Assembly (NCBI GenBank): GCA_963775465.1 | Contig: CAVZIW010000003.1 | Span: forward strand, 320,001-384,000 | DNA length: 64,000 bases | Direction: 5' to 3' | From: Candidatus Bathyarchaeota archaeon | GTDB taxonomy: Archaea > Thermoproteota > Bathyarchaeia > Bathyarchaeales > Bathycorpusculaceae | Shown: one piece after another, positions 1-9,186 of the stretch | How positions within the stretch are numbered: position 1 is the first letter of the stretch | Layout of the letters: each line of letters begins with the position of its first letter | Position numbers and translations under genes: made by a program | The notes under the pieces: model-generated | Told to the model about the DNA's origin: nothing | The model's database searches: none | What the model saw: the letters and a program-made list of their open reading frames with translations, nothing else

Positions 1-249
1 GTAAAATCCAAATCAGGCAAAAGCCGTAAGGAACTCTACAGAACAGTAAGCGAGAAAGGCTTTATTGTTGAAGGCAAAACTATTGCCGCGCACAAGAAGC
101 TCTTGGAATGGCTTAAAAGCGACATCGGTCTAGGACATGTACACGCAAACTTTGTAATCGCCTATTTACGGTTACGAACCCGAGAGCCCAAAATTAGCGA
201 AAAAATGAAAACTTGGGCAAACAGCACAGGATACAAAGATGGTGAATAA
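1..249 (+). CDS. 5'-truncated DUF4287-like small protein
   Basis: Manual frame-1 translation VKSKSGKSRKELY...LLEWLKSDIGLGHVHANFVIAYL...GE*; the LK-x2-GLGH-x-HAN motif resembles DUF4287. Not in the ORF track. Confidence 0.6.
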   Translation, partial: VKSKSGKSRKELYRTVSEKGFIVEGKTIAAHKKLLEWLKSDIGLGHVHANFVIAYLRLRTREPKISEKMKTWANSTGYKDGE

Positions 250-251
250 AC

Positions 252-1451
252 ATGGAGTTAACTAAAAAAGAACAAGCGATGTTGGATGGCAAAGAAGGAT
301 ACGCTGTCCGTAAAAGCATGGAAATCCTATCAGCATTAGGCGAGATTTTTGGCGCCAAAAGCCTCATCGATGTTGGCAGCGTTCAAGTTGCAGGCGTTTC
401 ATACCATAACCTTGGTGATGCAGGCTTAGAATTCCTAAACGAGCTCGCAGTGGACGGCAGAGTCAAGGTTCTTACAACCCTCAACCCTGCAGGCATGGAC
501 TTAGAGAATTGGGAGCAGCTTGGTATCAGCCCAGAATTCGCTGAAAAACAAAACCTCGTTATCGATGCCTTCCAACGTATGGGCATTCTTGTCAGCTGCA
601 CATGCACTCCTTACTTAATCGGCAATTTGCCGCTCTACGGCGAACATGTAGCTTGGTCAGAAAGTTCAGCGGTTACATTTGCCAATTCAGTATTAGGCGC
701 AAGAACTAATCGAGAAGGCGGACCCTCCGCTTTGGCAGCAGCGTTTGTAGGCAAAACCCCCAACTACGGGTTACACCTTGACGAAAACCGTGTCCCAGAC
801 ATCCACGTTAAAGTCAACGCTGAATTCACAAAACTCTCTGACTGGGGCGCTTTAGGCTATGCGATAGGTAGAAAAGCAGAAAACAAGATACCCTACATAA
901 CAGGCATTAAAACGGCGCATCTTGATATGCTCAAATCTTTCTGTGCATCCGTCGTCACTTATGGTTCAAAGCCGCTTTTCTACATAAAAGGCATAACGCC
1001 AGGCGCTGAATTACAAACTCAACCTACAGACACTGTTTCAATCGATCAAGGTGATCTGAAGATAGCTTATGACAGCATCAACGATGACGTAAATGATATC
1101 GAGCTTGTCTGTGTCGGTTGCCCCCACTGCTCCATCAAAGAAATCTCTGAGATTGCAGATTTATTGGAGAACAAGAGAGTTGCAGAAGGAACAGAACTTT
1201 GGGTTGCCACATCCCGAACCACTAAACAACTTGCAGACAAACGAGGCTATACAACAACCATTGAAGCTGCAGGAGGCAAATTCGCATGCGACACCTGCAT
1301 GGCGGTGGCTCCGCTGAAAGGAAGGTTCAAATCGCTGGCAACAACATCAGCGAAAGGTTGCTTCTATTCGAGGCAAAACTTAATGAAAACCAAAATGGGC
1401 AGCGTTGAAGAATGCATAAACGCAGCGGTGACAGGAAAATGGAACAACTAA
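252..1451 (+). CDS. Aconitase X catalytic subunit (phosphomevalonate dehydratase large subunit)
   Basis: CTCTPY, WSESSAV, GCPH and CDTC motifs of AcnX (DUF521); adjacent to the swivel subunit, IPK and IDI-2. Confidence 0.9.
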   Translation: MELTKKEQAMLDGKEGYAVRKSMEILSALGEIFGAKSLIDVGSVQVAGVSYHNLGDAGLEFLNELAVDGRVKVLTTLNPAGMDLENWEQLGISPEFAEKQNLVIDAFQRMGILVSCTCTPYLIGNLPLYGEHVAWSESSAVTFANSVLGARTNREGGPSALAAAFVGKTPNYGLHLDENRVPDIHVKVNAEFTKLSDWGALGYAIGRKAENKIPYITGIKTAHLDMLKSFCASVVTYGSKPLFYIKGITPGAELQTQPTDTVSIDQGDLKIAYDSINDDVNDIELVCVGCPHCSIKEISEIADLLENKRVAEGTELWVATSRTTKQLADKRGYTTTIEAAGGKFACDTCMAVAPLKGRFKSLATTSAKGCFYSRQNLMKTKMGSVEECINAAVTGKWNN

Positions 1452-1825
1452 AAGGCAGAATCATCTACAAAGGCACAGCCGAGGGGGAAGCACTGGTTTC
1501 AGAAATGCCCATCTCGTTCTACGGCGGCGTTGACCCAAACACAGGCATCATCTTAGAAAAAGGACACCAGTTGAACGGTCAAAGCGTCAAAGGCAAAATT
1601 CTTGTTTTCCCACAAGGCAAAGGCAGCACAGTTGGCAGCTACACACTCTACCGAATGAAGAAAAACGGCACCGCCCCTGCAGGCATGATAAACCGCGAAT
1701 GCGAAACCATCGTTGCAGTCGGCGCCATCATAAGCGAAATTCCATGCATAGACAAAGTTGAGATTTCAAAGATCAAAACCGGCGACAGAGTAAGCATTCA
1801 AGCTGATACAGTCAAAATTCTCTGA
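1439..1825 (+). CDS. Aconitase X swivel subunit (phosphomevalonate dehydratase small subunit, DUF126)
   Basis: ISFYGGVDP and GKGSTVGSY motifs; likely start is ATG 1439, overlapping the large subunit. Confidence 0.9.
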   Translation: MEQLKGRIIYKGTAEGEALVSEMPISFYGGVDPNTGIILEKGHQLNGQSVKGKILVFPQGKGSTVGSYTLYRMKKNGTAPAGMINRECETIVAVGAIISEIPCIDKVEISKIKTGDRVSIQADTVKIL

Positions 1826-1964
1826 GCTTCAGTTGAGGCTTTTTGATTCTCAGTTCTTACCTGTTTTAGATTTGCGGTTTGTGCTTAGAAGCCGACCTTT
1901 TCTCAATGTTAAACTGTAATGTTAAATTAGCAGAACTCAAATAAACATAGGTAGGTTACGATTC

Positions 1965-2768
1965 ATGAACGATGCAAGACCAATCATACTCAAACTCGGC
2001 GGCTCAGCCATAACTGACAAGACTGCTGAAGCATCCCCTAAAACTCAAATCATAAACCGCTTGGCAGAAGAAATCAAGCGGGCAGACCTAGACAACCTCA
2101 TTGTAGTACATGGAGGTGGAAGTTTCGGTCACCCAACTGCTGCCAAATATGGCATAAAAGATGGTTATAAAGAAGACCCGACTCGAAAGTTCGGTTTTGC
2201 CGAAACTCATCATATGATGACCGTGCTCAACGGGTTGGTTATGGATGCGCTCATATGGCATGAGATTCCAGCCATCAGTGTTGCTCCTTCAAGTTGCGTA
2301 GTTACAGAAAATGGCAGAGTCAAATTCTTCGATGAGACAGTTTTCAAATCCATGGCAAAACTAATCTTCACACCTGTTATGTACGGTGATGCTGTTATGG
2401 ATGAAAAACTTGGTTTCACAGTTCTTTCAGGCGATCAACTTGTAGCGTATTTAGCAATCAGGTACAAAGCGACAAAAATCGTTGTAGGAACTGACACCGA
2501 TGGCTTATTTGACTCCGACCCCAAAACTAACCCTAACGCCAAACCATACAAAAACTTGACCCTAAAAGAACTTAAAGAAATTCAGCCTAAACTCGGCAAA
2601 GCTACAGGATCCGACATCACAGGTGGAATGGCCGGCAAAATTTCAGAGTTGATACCCGCAATCGAAGCAGGAGTACACGTTACAGTCACAGGCGCCACGA
2701 AAGGGTTATCTATTTACAGAGCCTTAACAGACCAAAGCGTGTTAGGCACTGAAATAGAGAAGGCGTAA
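1965..2768 (+). CDS. ipk: Isopentenyl phosphate kinase
   Basis: Amino-acid-kinase fold: KLGGSAITDK, HGGGSFGH, DITGGMAGK; directly upstream of fni. Confidence 0.92.
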   Translation: MNDARPIILKLGGSAITDKTAEASPKTQIINRLAEEIKRADLDNLIVVHGGGSFGHPTAAKYGIKDGYKEDPTRKFGFAETHHMMTVLNGLVMDALIWHEIPAISVAPSSCVVTENGRVKFFDETVFKSMAKLIFTPVMYGDAVMDEKLGFTVLSGDQLVAYLAIRYKATKIVVGTDTDGLFDSDPKTNPNAKPYKNLTLKELKEIQPKLGKATGSDITGGMAGKISELIPAIEAGVHVTVTGATKGLSIYRALTDQSVLGTEIEKA

Positions 2769-2769
2769 G

Positions 2770-3864
2770 ATGGCAGAAAAAACTGGCAAACGCAAAGTAG
2801 ATCATATTCGTATTTGTTTAGACCAGAAAGCACAAGCTAAAAACGTCACCGCAGGTTTTGAAGACATCCAACTTGTTCATCGTGCGCTGCCTGAAATCAA
2901 CAAAGCAAAAATCAGCCTTTCAACCACTTTTTTAGACAAGAAATTTAATGCACCTATAATTGTTGGGGCTATGACAGGCGGCGCCAAAGAAGCCATCCAA
3001 ATAAACGCATCCATCGCGGAAGCTGTGGAGCAACTGGGTTTGGGTATGGGTTTGGGCAGCCAAAGAGCTGCAATCGAAAATGAAAAACTTGAAAGAACCT
3101 ACAGTATAGCGCGCAAGAAAGCTCCTACTGCATTCTTAATTGCAAACGTAGGTGGAGTGCAACTTGTCCATGGATACGGCGTAAAAGAAGTTAAGAAAAT
3201 TGTAGAAATGATCGATGCTGACGCTGTCGCAATTCACCTTAACGCATTGCAGGAAGCGGTGCAGCCGGAAGGGCAAACCAATTTTAAAGGCGTGCTTGCG
3301 AGAATTACCGAAATTACGGGTGCGATAGATATTCCTGTTATAGTAAAGGAAACAGGGGCTGGAATCTCAGCTGAAGATGCTGAATCACTCGAGAAAGCAG
3401 GTGTAAAAGCAATCGACATCGGCGGGTTGGGCGGAACTAGTTTTGCAGCTGTCGAATACTACCGCTCAACTGCGCATAAGGACGTTTACTTAGGTGAAGC
3501 GTTCTGGGACTGGGGCATACCTACAGCAGTCAGTTTAGTAGAGAATGCTCAATCTGTCAAGTTGCCCTTAATTGCATCCGGCGGTGTGCGCAGTGGCACT
3601 GACATAGCCAAAGCCATAGGATTGGGCGCAAGTATAGCCAGCATCAGTCAACCTATTCTCGAAACTGCAGTTAAAGGAACAACGGAAACTCTAGAAAAAC
3701 TAAATTGCCTAATTGAAGAACTTCGAAATGTCATGTTCCTTGTCAGTGCAGAAAAAATAACCGATTTAGCAAAGACCCCTCTTGTGATTACGGGAAAAAC
3801 CGCTCAATGGTTGCAAGCCCGAGGGTTTAATATAAAAAAATATGCAAAAAGAGGCGCACAATAG
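2770..3864 (+). CDS. fni: Type 2 isopentenyl-diphosphate delta-isomerase
   Basis: RKVDHI, AMTGG, GSQRAA, HLNALQE, KETGAG, GGTSF and DWGIPT motifs. Confidence 0.95.
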   Translation: MAEKTGKRKVDHIRICLDQKAQAKNVTAGFEDIQLVHRALPEINKAKISLSTTFLDKKFNAPIIVGAMTGGAKEAIQINASIAEAVEQLGLGMGLGSQRAAIENEKLERTYSIARKKAPTAFLIANVGGVQLVHGYGVKEVKKIVEMIDADAVAIHLNALQEAVQPEGQTNFKGVLARITEITGAIDIPVIVKETGAGISAEDAESLEKAGVKAIDIGGLGGTSFAAVEYYRSTAHKDVYLGEAFWDWGIPTAVSLVENAQSVKLPLIASGGVRSGTDIAKAIGLGASIASISQPILETAVKGTTETLEKLNCLIEELRNVMFLVSAEKITDLAKTPLVITGKTAQWLQARGFNIKKYAKRGAQ

Positions 3865-3865
3865 T

Positions 3866-4936
3866 TTGGACATAGAAAAATTCCTTGAAGAAACCGCACC
3901 ATTGATCGACCGAGCTATAGAAAACTATATTCCACGTAAATTTAGCAAAGACTCAGTTCTTTTCAAAGTAAACCCTCCAATGTACAGCTACAACCTAGAA
4001 CCTCTAAACAAAGCAATAGCAGACCCTACTTGGGATATTCTCGATCGCGGAGGAAAACGATGGCGACCTGCCCTCTTTCTAATAATCTGCGAAGCTTTAG
4101 GAAAAAAAGCCGAATACTACCTTGACTTCGCAATAATTCCAGAGGTCATCCATAACGGCACACTCGTTATCGATGACATCGAGGACTCCTCTGAAATACG
4201 ACGAGGCAAACGCTGCTCATACAAAATCTTTGGCAACGACATCGCCATTAACGCCGGAAACGCAATGTACTACTTGCCGCTTTTACCCTTGATGACCCAC
4301 AGAACTAGACTCCCCACTGAAATGCAACGAGATGTCTATGAAATTTACGTGCAAGAAATGATCAACCTAAGTATGGGGCAAGCTATGGACATTACTTGGC
4401 ATCGTGGAATAGCAAACGCAGACGACCTAGACGAAAGCGACTATCTGCAAATGTGCGCCTACAAAACGGGTACACTTGCGCGTATGTCAGCAAAAATGGC
4501 AGCAGTTTTAGCAGGAGGAGAACCCAAGCTTGTGGAAAAACTGGGTCGTTTTGCCGAAAACATTGGTGTCGCTTTCCAAATGCAAGACGACATTTTAGAT
4601 TTAACAGGAAAAGAATTCGCCAAAAGCAAAGGATGTGTTGGGGGAGACATAACTGAGGGTAAACGTTCTCTAATTGCTATTTACACTCTCAGAGAAGCCA
4701 ACAACGTTGATCGAGCCCGCTTAATAGAAATCTTGAACATGCATACATGCGACCAGACACTCCGCAACGAAGCTATCGCTCTAATGCAGAAATATCGTGC
4801 TATAGAACAAGTCAAACAAACCGCCACTCGTATGGTAAAAGAAAGCTGGGAGGAAGTCGATAAGTTGTTGCCGACACCTCAGGCTAAGGAAAAATTAAAA
4901 GCGTTCGCCGAATTCTTGATAAAGCGCAACAAGTAA
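3866..4936 (+). CDS. idsA: Geranylgeranyl diphosphate synthase (polyprenyl synthetase)
   Basis: GGKRWRP, FARM DDIED..RRG, GQAMD, KT and SARM DDILD; probable TTG start at 3866 (the track ORF starts at 3842). Confidence 0.9.
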   Translation: MDIEKFLEETAPLIDRAIENYIPRKFSKDSVLFKVNPPMYSYNLEPLNKAIADPTWDILDRGGKRWRPALFLIICEALGKKAEYYLDFAIIPEVIHNGTLVIDDIEDSSEIRRGKRCSYKIFGNDIAINAGNAMYYLPLLPLMTHRTRLPTEMQRDVYEIYVQEMINLSMGQAMDITWHRGIANADDLDESDYLQMCAYKTGTLARMSAKMAAVLAGGEPKLVEKLGRFAENIGVAFQMQDDILDLTGKEFAKSKGCVGGDITEGKRSLIAIYTLREANNVDRARLIEILNMHTCDQTLRNEAIALMQKYRAIEQVKQTATRMVKESWEEVDKLLPTPQAKEKLKAFAEFLIKRNK

Positions 4937-4956
4937 CCTTTGCGAGCGTAAAAAAG

Positions 4957-6708
4957 TTGGGATTAGACCAGGATAATGAACTTCGCGAGTTTATTCGAAA
5001 AACCGCTTTGTTGAATGCGGTTGGGCATGAAGGAAAAGCACAAGCAGGCGCCCTAGTCGGCAAAATTCTTGGAGAAAAAGCAGCGCTCCGCAGCCAGGTC
5101 AAACAACTTTCCGCTGTAATTAATCAAGTTGTTAACGAAGTTAACAGTTTATCTTTATCAGAACAGAAGACGATTGTTGAGAAGAACTGGCCTGAAACGC
5201 AGAAAAAGAAAGAGGCTGAAGAAAAACGACTTCCACCGCTTCCTAACGCTGAAAAATACAAGCCGATCGTCACACGGTTTTCACCCAACCCTGATTGTGT
5301 CCTACATCTTGGTTCAGCAAGAGCTATTCTGCTAAGCCACGAATATGCCCGATTATACAATGGCAAATTTATACTGCGCTTCGAAGACACTGATCCTAAA
5401 GTTAAGAAGCCAGCCCTGAAATTCTACGAAAGCATCAGAGCTGATTTGAAATGGCTTGGCTGCAAAATCGATGAAGAATACATCCAAAGCGATCGATTAC
5501 CCATTTACTATGAATACACTGAGAAACTTATCCGCGACGCCAACGCCTACGTCTGCACGTGCATTCCGGATGAGTTTCGAGTTAAAGTTGTAGCCAAAGA
5601 GCCCTGTCCGTGCCGAAACCTTTCTTCATCCGAACACTTGGACCGTTGGCACCACATGTTAGATGGCTCCTACCAAGAAGGTCAAGCTGTCGTCCGCGTT
5701 AAAACTGATATCAAACATCCAAACCCTGCAATCCGAGACTGGCCAGCTCTACGAATCATAGACACAAAAAAGCACCCCCACCCCCGTGTAGGCAGCAAAT
5801 ACATTGTTTGGCCGTTATACAACCTCGCAGCAGGCTTAGACGACCACCTGATGGGTGTGACCCACATTATTCGCGGCAAAGAACACTACACTAACATGGT
5901 TCGTCAAAAATACATGTACCAATATCTCGGCTGGGAATACCCAGAAGCAATCCATTACGGCAGACTAAAAATCACAGGCGCAGCATTAAGCAAATCCAAA
6001 ATCGTTGCAGGCATAAAAGAAGGTGACTACGCAGATTTCGACGACCCACGATTAGGAACCTTCGCTGCACTGCAAAAAAGAGGAATTACCCCCGAAGCCA
6101 TCAAAAAAATGATAATCGAAGTCGGAATAAAACCAAACGACGTGACGTTGAGTTGGGAAAATCTTTATGCTTACAACCGTAAAATCCTCGATTCAACAAG
6201 TAGTCGTTATTTCTTTGTCGCACAACCCATTGAACTAAAAGTGATTGATGTTCAGAAGGATTTCCTAGCTAAGCTACCCCTACACCCCGAAAAACCTGAA
6301 AAAGGATTTAGAGAATATACCATAAAACCTGAAGGCGACGAAAAAACCGTGTTCCTGTGGATCTCTAGTAAAGACGCTCAAGCTATAGAAATCAACAAAG
6401 TAATCAGACTTATTGAACTATTCAACATAAGGATCCGGTCTAAAACCGACAAGTGCGTCACTGCCATATTCGAAAGCGCCTCCTATGAAGAAGTACGCAA
6501 AACCAAAGTCCAACTAATACAATGGGTCCTCAAAGGCAAAGAATACCCAACCCAAGTCATTAACCAAGACACCTCAACTACCGAAGGATTTGCCGAGGCA
6601 GACTGCAAAAAGTTAAAGCCAGACGAAATCATACAGTTTGAACGATTCGGATTTGTGCATATAACCGAAGTCGGACCAAAACTAGTGGTCTACTACTCTC
6701 AAAAATAA
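4957..6708 (+). CDS. gltX: Glutamate--tRNA ligase
   Basis: TRFSPNP, HLGS (HIGH-like), RFEDTDP, LSKS and C-terminal QFERFGF. Confidence 0.95.
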   Translation: MGLDQDNELREFIRKTALLNAVGHEGKAQAGALVGKILGEKAALRSQVKQLSAVINQVVNEVNSLSLSEQKTIVEKNWPETQKKKEAEEKRLPPLPNAEKYKPIVTRFSPNPDCVLHLGSARAILLSHEYARLYNGKFILRFEDTDPKVKKPALKFYESIRADLKWLGCKIDEEYIQSDRLPIYYEYTEKLIRDANAYVCTCIPDEFRVKVVAKEPCPCRNLSSSEHLDRWHHMLDGSYQEGQAVVRVKTDIKHPNPAIRDWPALRIIDTKKHPHPRVGSKYIVWPLYNLAAGLDDHLMGVTHIIRGKEHYTNMVRQKYMYQYLGWEYPEAIHYGRLKITGAALSKSKIVAGIKEGDYADFDDPRLGTFAALQKRGITPEAIKKMIIEVGIKPNDVTLSWENLYAYNRKILDSTSSRYFFVAQPIELKVIDVQKDFLAKLPLHPEKPEKGFREYTIKPEGDEKTVFLWISSKDAQAIEINKVIRLIELFNIRIRSKTDKCVTAIFESASYEEVRKTKVQLIQWVLKGKEYPTQVINQDTSTTEGFAEADCKKLKPDEIIQFERFGFVHITEVGPKLVVYYSQK

Positions 6709-6717
6709 GGTGAAAAA

Positions 6718-7032
6718 ATGCGAAAACTCGACAATCAAGCAATAATCTGGCCAGTATATTTCGATTGCAATAAATCACGAGCAAAAGGACGCCGAGTACC
6801 CAAAAACCAAGCTGTCATATCGCCAAAAATTGTTGAAATAAAAGAAGCCGCAGACAAATTGGGCTTACAGAACGAAGTTAACCTAGAAGCACATTTTCCA
6901 AAGAATCCTTGGGCAAAAACAGGTATGTTACTGGTTGAGAAGAAAAAAGTCAAAGAAGTTATAATCAAAGATTTAGCAAAACAACTACTGAAAATTAGAA
7001 GCCAACAAGCTCAAAAGCCAGCTAAACGCTAA
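6718..7032 (+). CDS. srp19: Signal recognition particle protein SRP19
   Basis: IIWPVYFD...SRAKGRRVPK motif. Confidence 0.92.
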   Translation: MRKLDNQAIIWPVYFDCNKSRAKGRRVPKNQAVISPKIVEIKEAADKLGLQNEVNLEAHFPKNPWAKTGMLLVEKKKVKEVIIKDLAKQLLKIRSQQAQKPAKR

Positions 7033-7059
7033 AAATACTTTTTTATTTTAAAAAAATAA

Positions 7060-7452
7060 TTAGGCTTTTTCTTTGCCAATCAAAACAGCATTAATCATAC
7101 CGTCATTGCCTGGTCGACTTGTGACTTTGGCTAAGCCCAGTTCGGTTTCGATTTCTGCGCCTTTGGTTATAACTCCTCGACGGTTGAAGTCGACATTAGC
7201 CCCGTTTCGAACTACACGAGTGATTTGGGCCTTTTGGGTTTTGCCGCTTTTAGGGTCAGTAACAGATGCAAACTTGTCGCTTAATACTTTGACCTTAAGG
7301 TTACCGCCTAAACCACGTGTGATTTTGCGCCTTGGTTCACCCAAGATTGTTTCCGCTGGGTATCCACCTGCTTCATACTTTTTCTTTGTGCGGTAAGCTC
7401 GTTTTTTGCCGCCTGTAAGTTTTCGTTTACGTAAACTGCTATGAGTAGACAT
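7060..7452 (-). CDS. rps8e: 30S ribosomal protein S8e
   Basis: RKLTGGK, VITKGAEIETELGLAKVTSRPGNDG motifs. Confidence 0.95.
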   Translation of the reverse strand: MSTHSSLRKRKLTGGKKRAYRTKKKYEAGGYPAETILGEPRRKITRGLGGNLKVKVLSDKFASVTDPKSGKTQKAQITRVVRNGANVDFNRRGVITKGAEIETELGLAKVTSRPGNDGMINAVLIGKEKA

Positions 7453-7591
7453 ATTCTACCATTTCCTTGAATGCGTAGCAACTAAAACTGAGGATTCCAA
7501 TATAAACATACTGTTTCAAGGCTACAGTTCTATGCTTTTTTACTGTTTTTACATTATTTATTTTTGCAGTTTTATACAAACTCTATTTGCG

Positions 7592-7613
7592 CAAAATCCA
7601 TCAATGGATTTTG
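7592..7613. repeat. Perfect 10-bp inverted repeat (terminator or operator)
   Basis: CAAAATCCAT-CA-ATGGATTTTG in the scpB-rps8e spacer, with a T-tract nearby. Confidence 0.4.
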
Positions 7614-7835
7614 GGAGGCTTTTTTTCGTTTTTATGCTTGATTTGAATTGCAGACTCGGTGAAAAGGCTTCCGAATAACCAATCTAAAAAGCGAAGCTAC
7701 GCTTTGTCTATTGTTTATGCCTCAGCTCTTTTAGGAAATCTCGAACTTCGGACCAAATTTTAGCTCGCTACATCTCGCTTTATACGAACGCCCTAACGCT
7801 TAGTACTGTCTAATTCTCGCAGACCTGTATTTTTG

Positions 7836-8492
7836 CTATTTTTCGGTAGCTTCTTGTTTTTCTCGCTTTTCTTCTTTTGCCGCTCTCTTTGATAGGTCTT
7901 CTTTTATAGCCTCACCAAAAATCTTCTTGAGGTCCTTCTTCATAATCGCAGTATCCGTTGTCAAGCCAAAATAGTCAGCAAAGTAATCAGTAGTCTTCAA
8001 TGCTAACGAACGTCCAGCCCGCTCCGACATTATTAATCCCATATCTTTGAGTGTTTTAACGTGCCCGTAGGCGTGTTGACCTCGAACTTCTACAACTCTT
8101 TTTTGTGAGATAGGCTGACGATATGCAATGTACGAGAGTGTCTTTAAAGGTCCCGAGGATAGCAATGGCCTATTCACGAGTTTTTTGATTAATGGTGTAA
8201 ATTCTGCTTTAACCTGCAAAACATAGCGATCATCTTTTAAAGCCAGAATTTCAATAGCGCTGTTGCGAACCTTGTAATCCTCTATAAGCGTCTTAACAAA
8301 TTGAGTAACGCGTTTTTTGCTTCGACTGCCTACAACTTGGCAAAGCTCGTTTAATTCAAGAGGGCGACCCGCAACGTAGAGAGCAGCTTCAAGCAGCATT
8401 AAAGCATGAGTTTTTCGATCGTTTTCCGGTGATGCCGCAGCACTCGGATTCGAAGTTGGGCTTGATTTAACGGATTGTTTCGATTTTTCCAA
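7836..8492 (-). CDS. scpB: SMC-Scp complex subunit ScpB
   Basis: LEAALYVAG, LKTLSYIAYRQPI, TTDYFADYFGL; in an operon with scpA and smc. Confidence 0.92.
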   Translation of the reverse strand: MEKSKQSVKSSPTSNPSAAASPENDRKTHALMLLEAALYVAGRPLELNELCQVVGSRSKKRVTQFVKTLIEDYKVRNSAIEILALKDDRYVLQVKAEFTPLIKKLVNRPLLSSGPLKTLSYIAYRQPISQKRVVEVRGQHAYGHVKTLKDMGLIMSERAGRSLALKTTDYFADYFGLTTDTAIMKKDLKKIFGEAIKEDLSKRAAKEEKREKQEATEK

Positions 8493-9186
8493 CGTTTAGT
8501 TTCCCCACACCTATGTAGAGCTCTTCGGTTTCTTCGTTCTGCCAAAGGCTAACTAAACCATCCTGCGCAAGGAACAGCAAATAGATAAACATTCTTAGCG
8601 CTTCGATGCGTGTCGCACCCTTGGAGAGAGTTGTGAAGTCAACAATTCCTTGTCCGTTGACTTTTTGGCACAGAAGGGCGTATAATTTTTCGACTTCAAA
8701 TTCAAGTTCAGCGATGAACTTGTCAAATTTGGGCAATAAATCAGTAACTGCAGGCAACACAGGGTGTTGCTCCACTACGTGGTTTAGGGCAAGAAGTTTT
8801 TCGCCTTTGAGTACGTCATCTAAGACTTCAAGCAAATGCTGAATGGTTGTTGAAGTTAATTCATGGCGTAACGGAAGAAATAGGGGCGGTGGAACAAAAT
8901 CTGTCGGAATCTTTGGGGGCGGTGAGGGTGGATCTTGCAATGTAAGCAAAAGCTTTGACTTCATCAAATAAATCAATGCTGAAGAATCCAAAGCAACACC
9001 AGATGCACGGAAATCCACTTTTTCTGGGGAAGACTTTTCCATCTCTAAAAGAAACGACCTAAGCAAGTAATCTATATTCACGTTCCAAGGAGTTAGTTTT
9101 TCTAGTTTGCTAAGTTCGAATAAGATATTCCAAGGTGGACGCAAATAGAAAGGTCGACGGGTAGGTACGGTTGACGCGGAAGCCAT
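8467..9186 (-). CDS. scpA: Kleisin ScpA
   Basis: PWNVNI, DFRASG..L.SSA..Y.MKS, C-terminal FIYLLFLAQDGLVSLWQ; lies between smc and scpB. Confidence 0.85.
   Translation of the reverse strand: MASASTVPTRRPFYLRPPWNILFELSKLEKLTPWNVNIDYLLRSFLLEMEKSSPEKVDFRASGVALDSSALIYLMKSKLLLTLQDPPSPPPKIPTDFVPPPLFLPLRHELTSTTIQHLLEVLDDVLKGEKLLALNHVVEQHPVLPAVTDLLPKFDKFIAELEFEVEKLYALLCQKVNGQGIVDFTTLSKGATRIEALRMFIYLLFLAQDGLVSLWQNEETEELYIGVGKLNVGKIETIR

Noticed and set aside
7453-7835. SRP (7S) RNA expected near srp19/rps8e
   Set aside because: The spacer is AT-rich, with no long GC helices or helix-8 motif.
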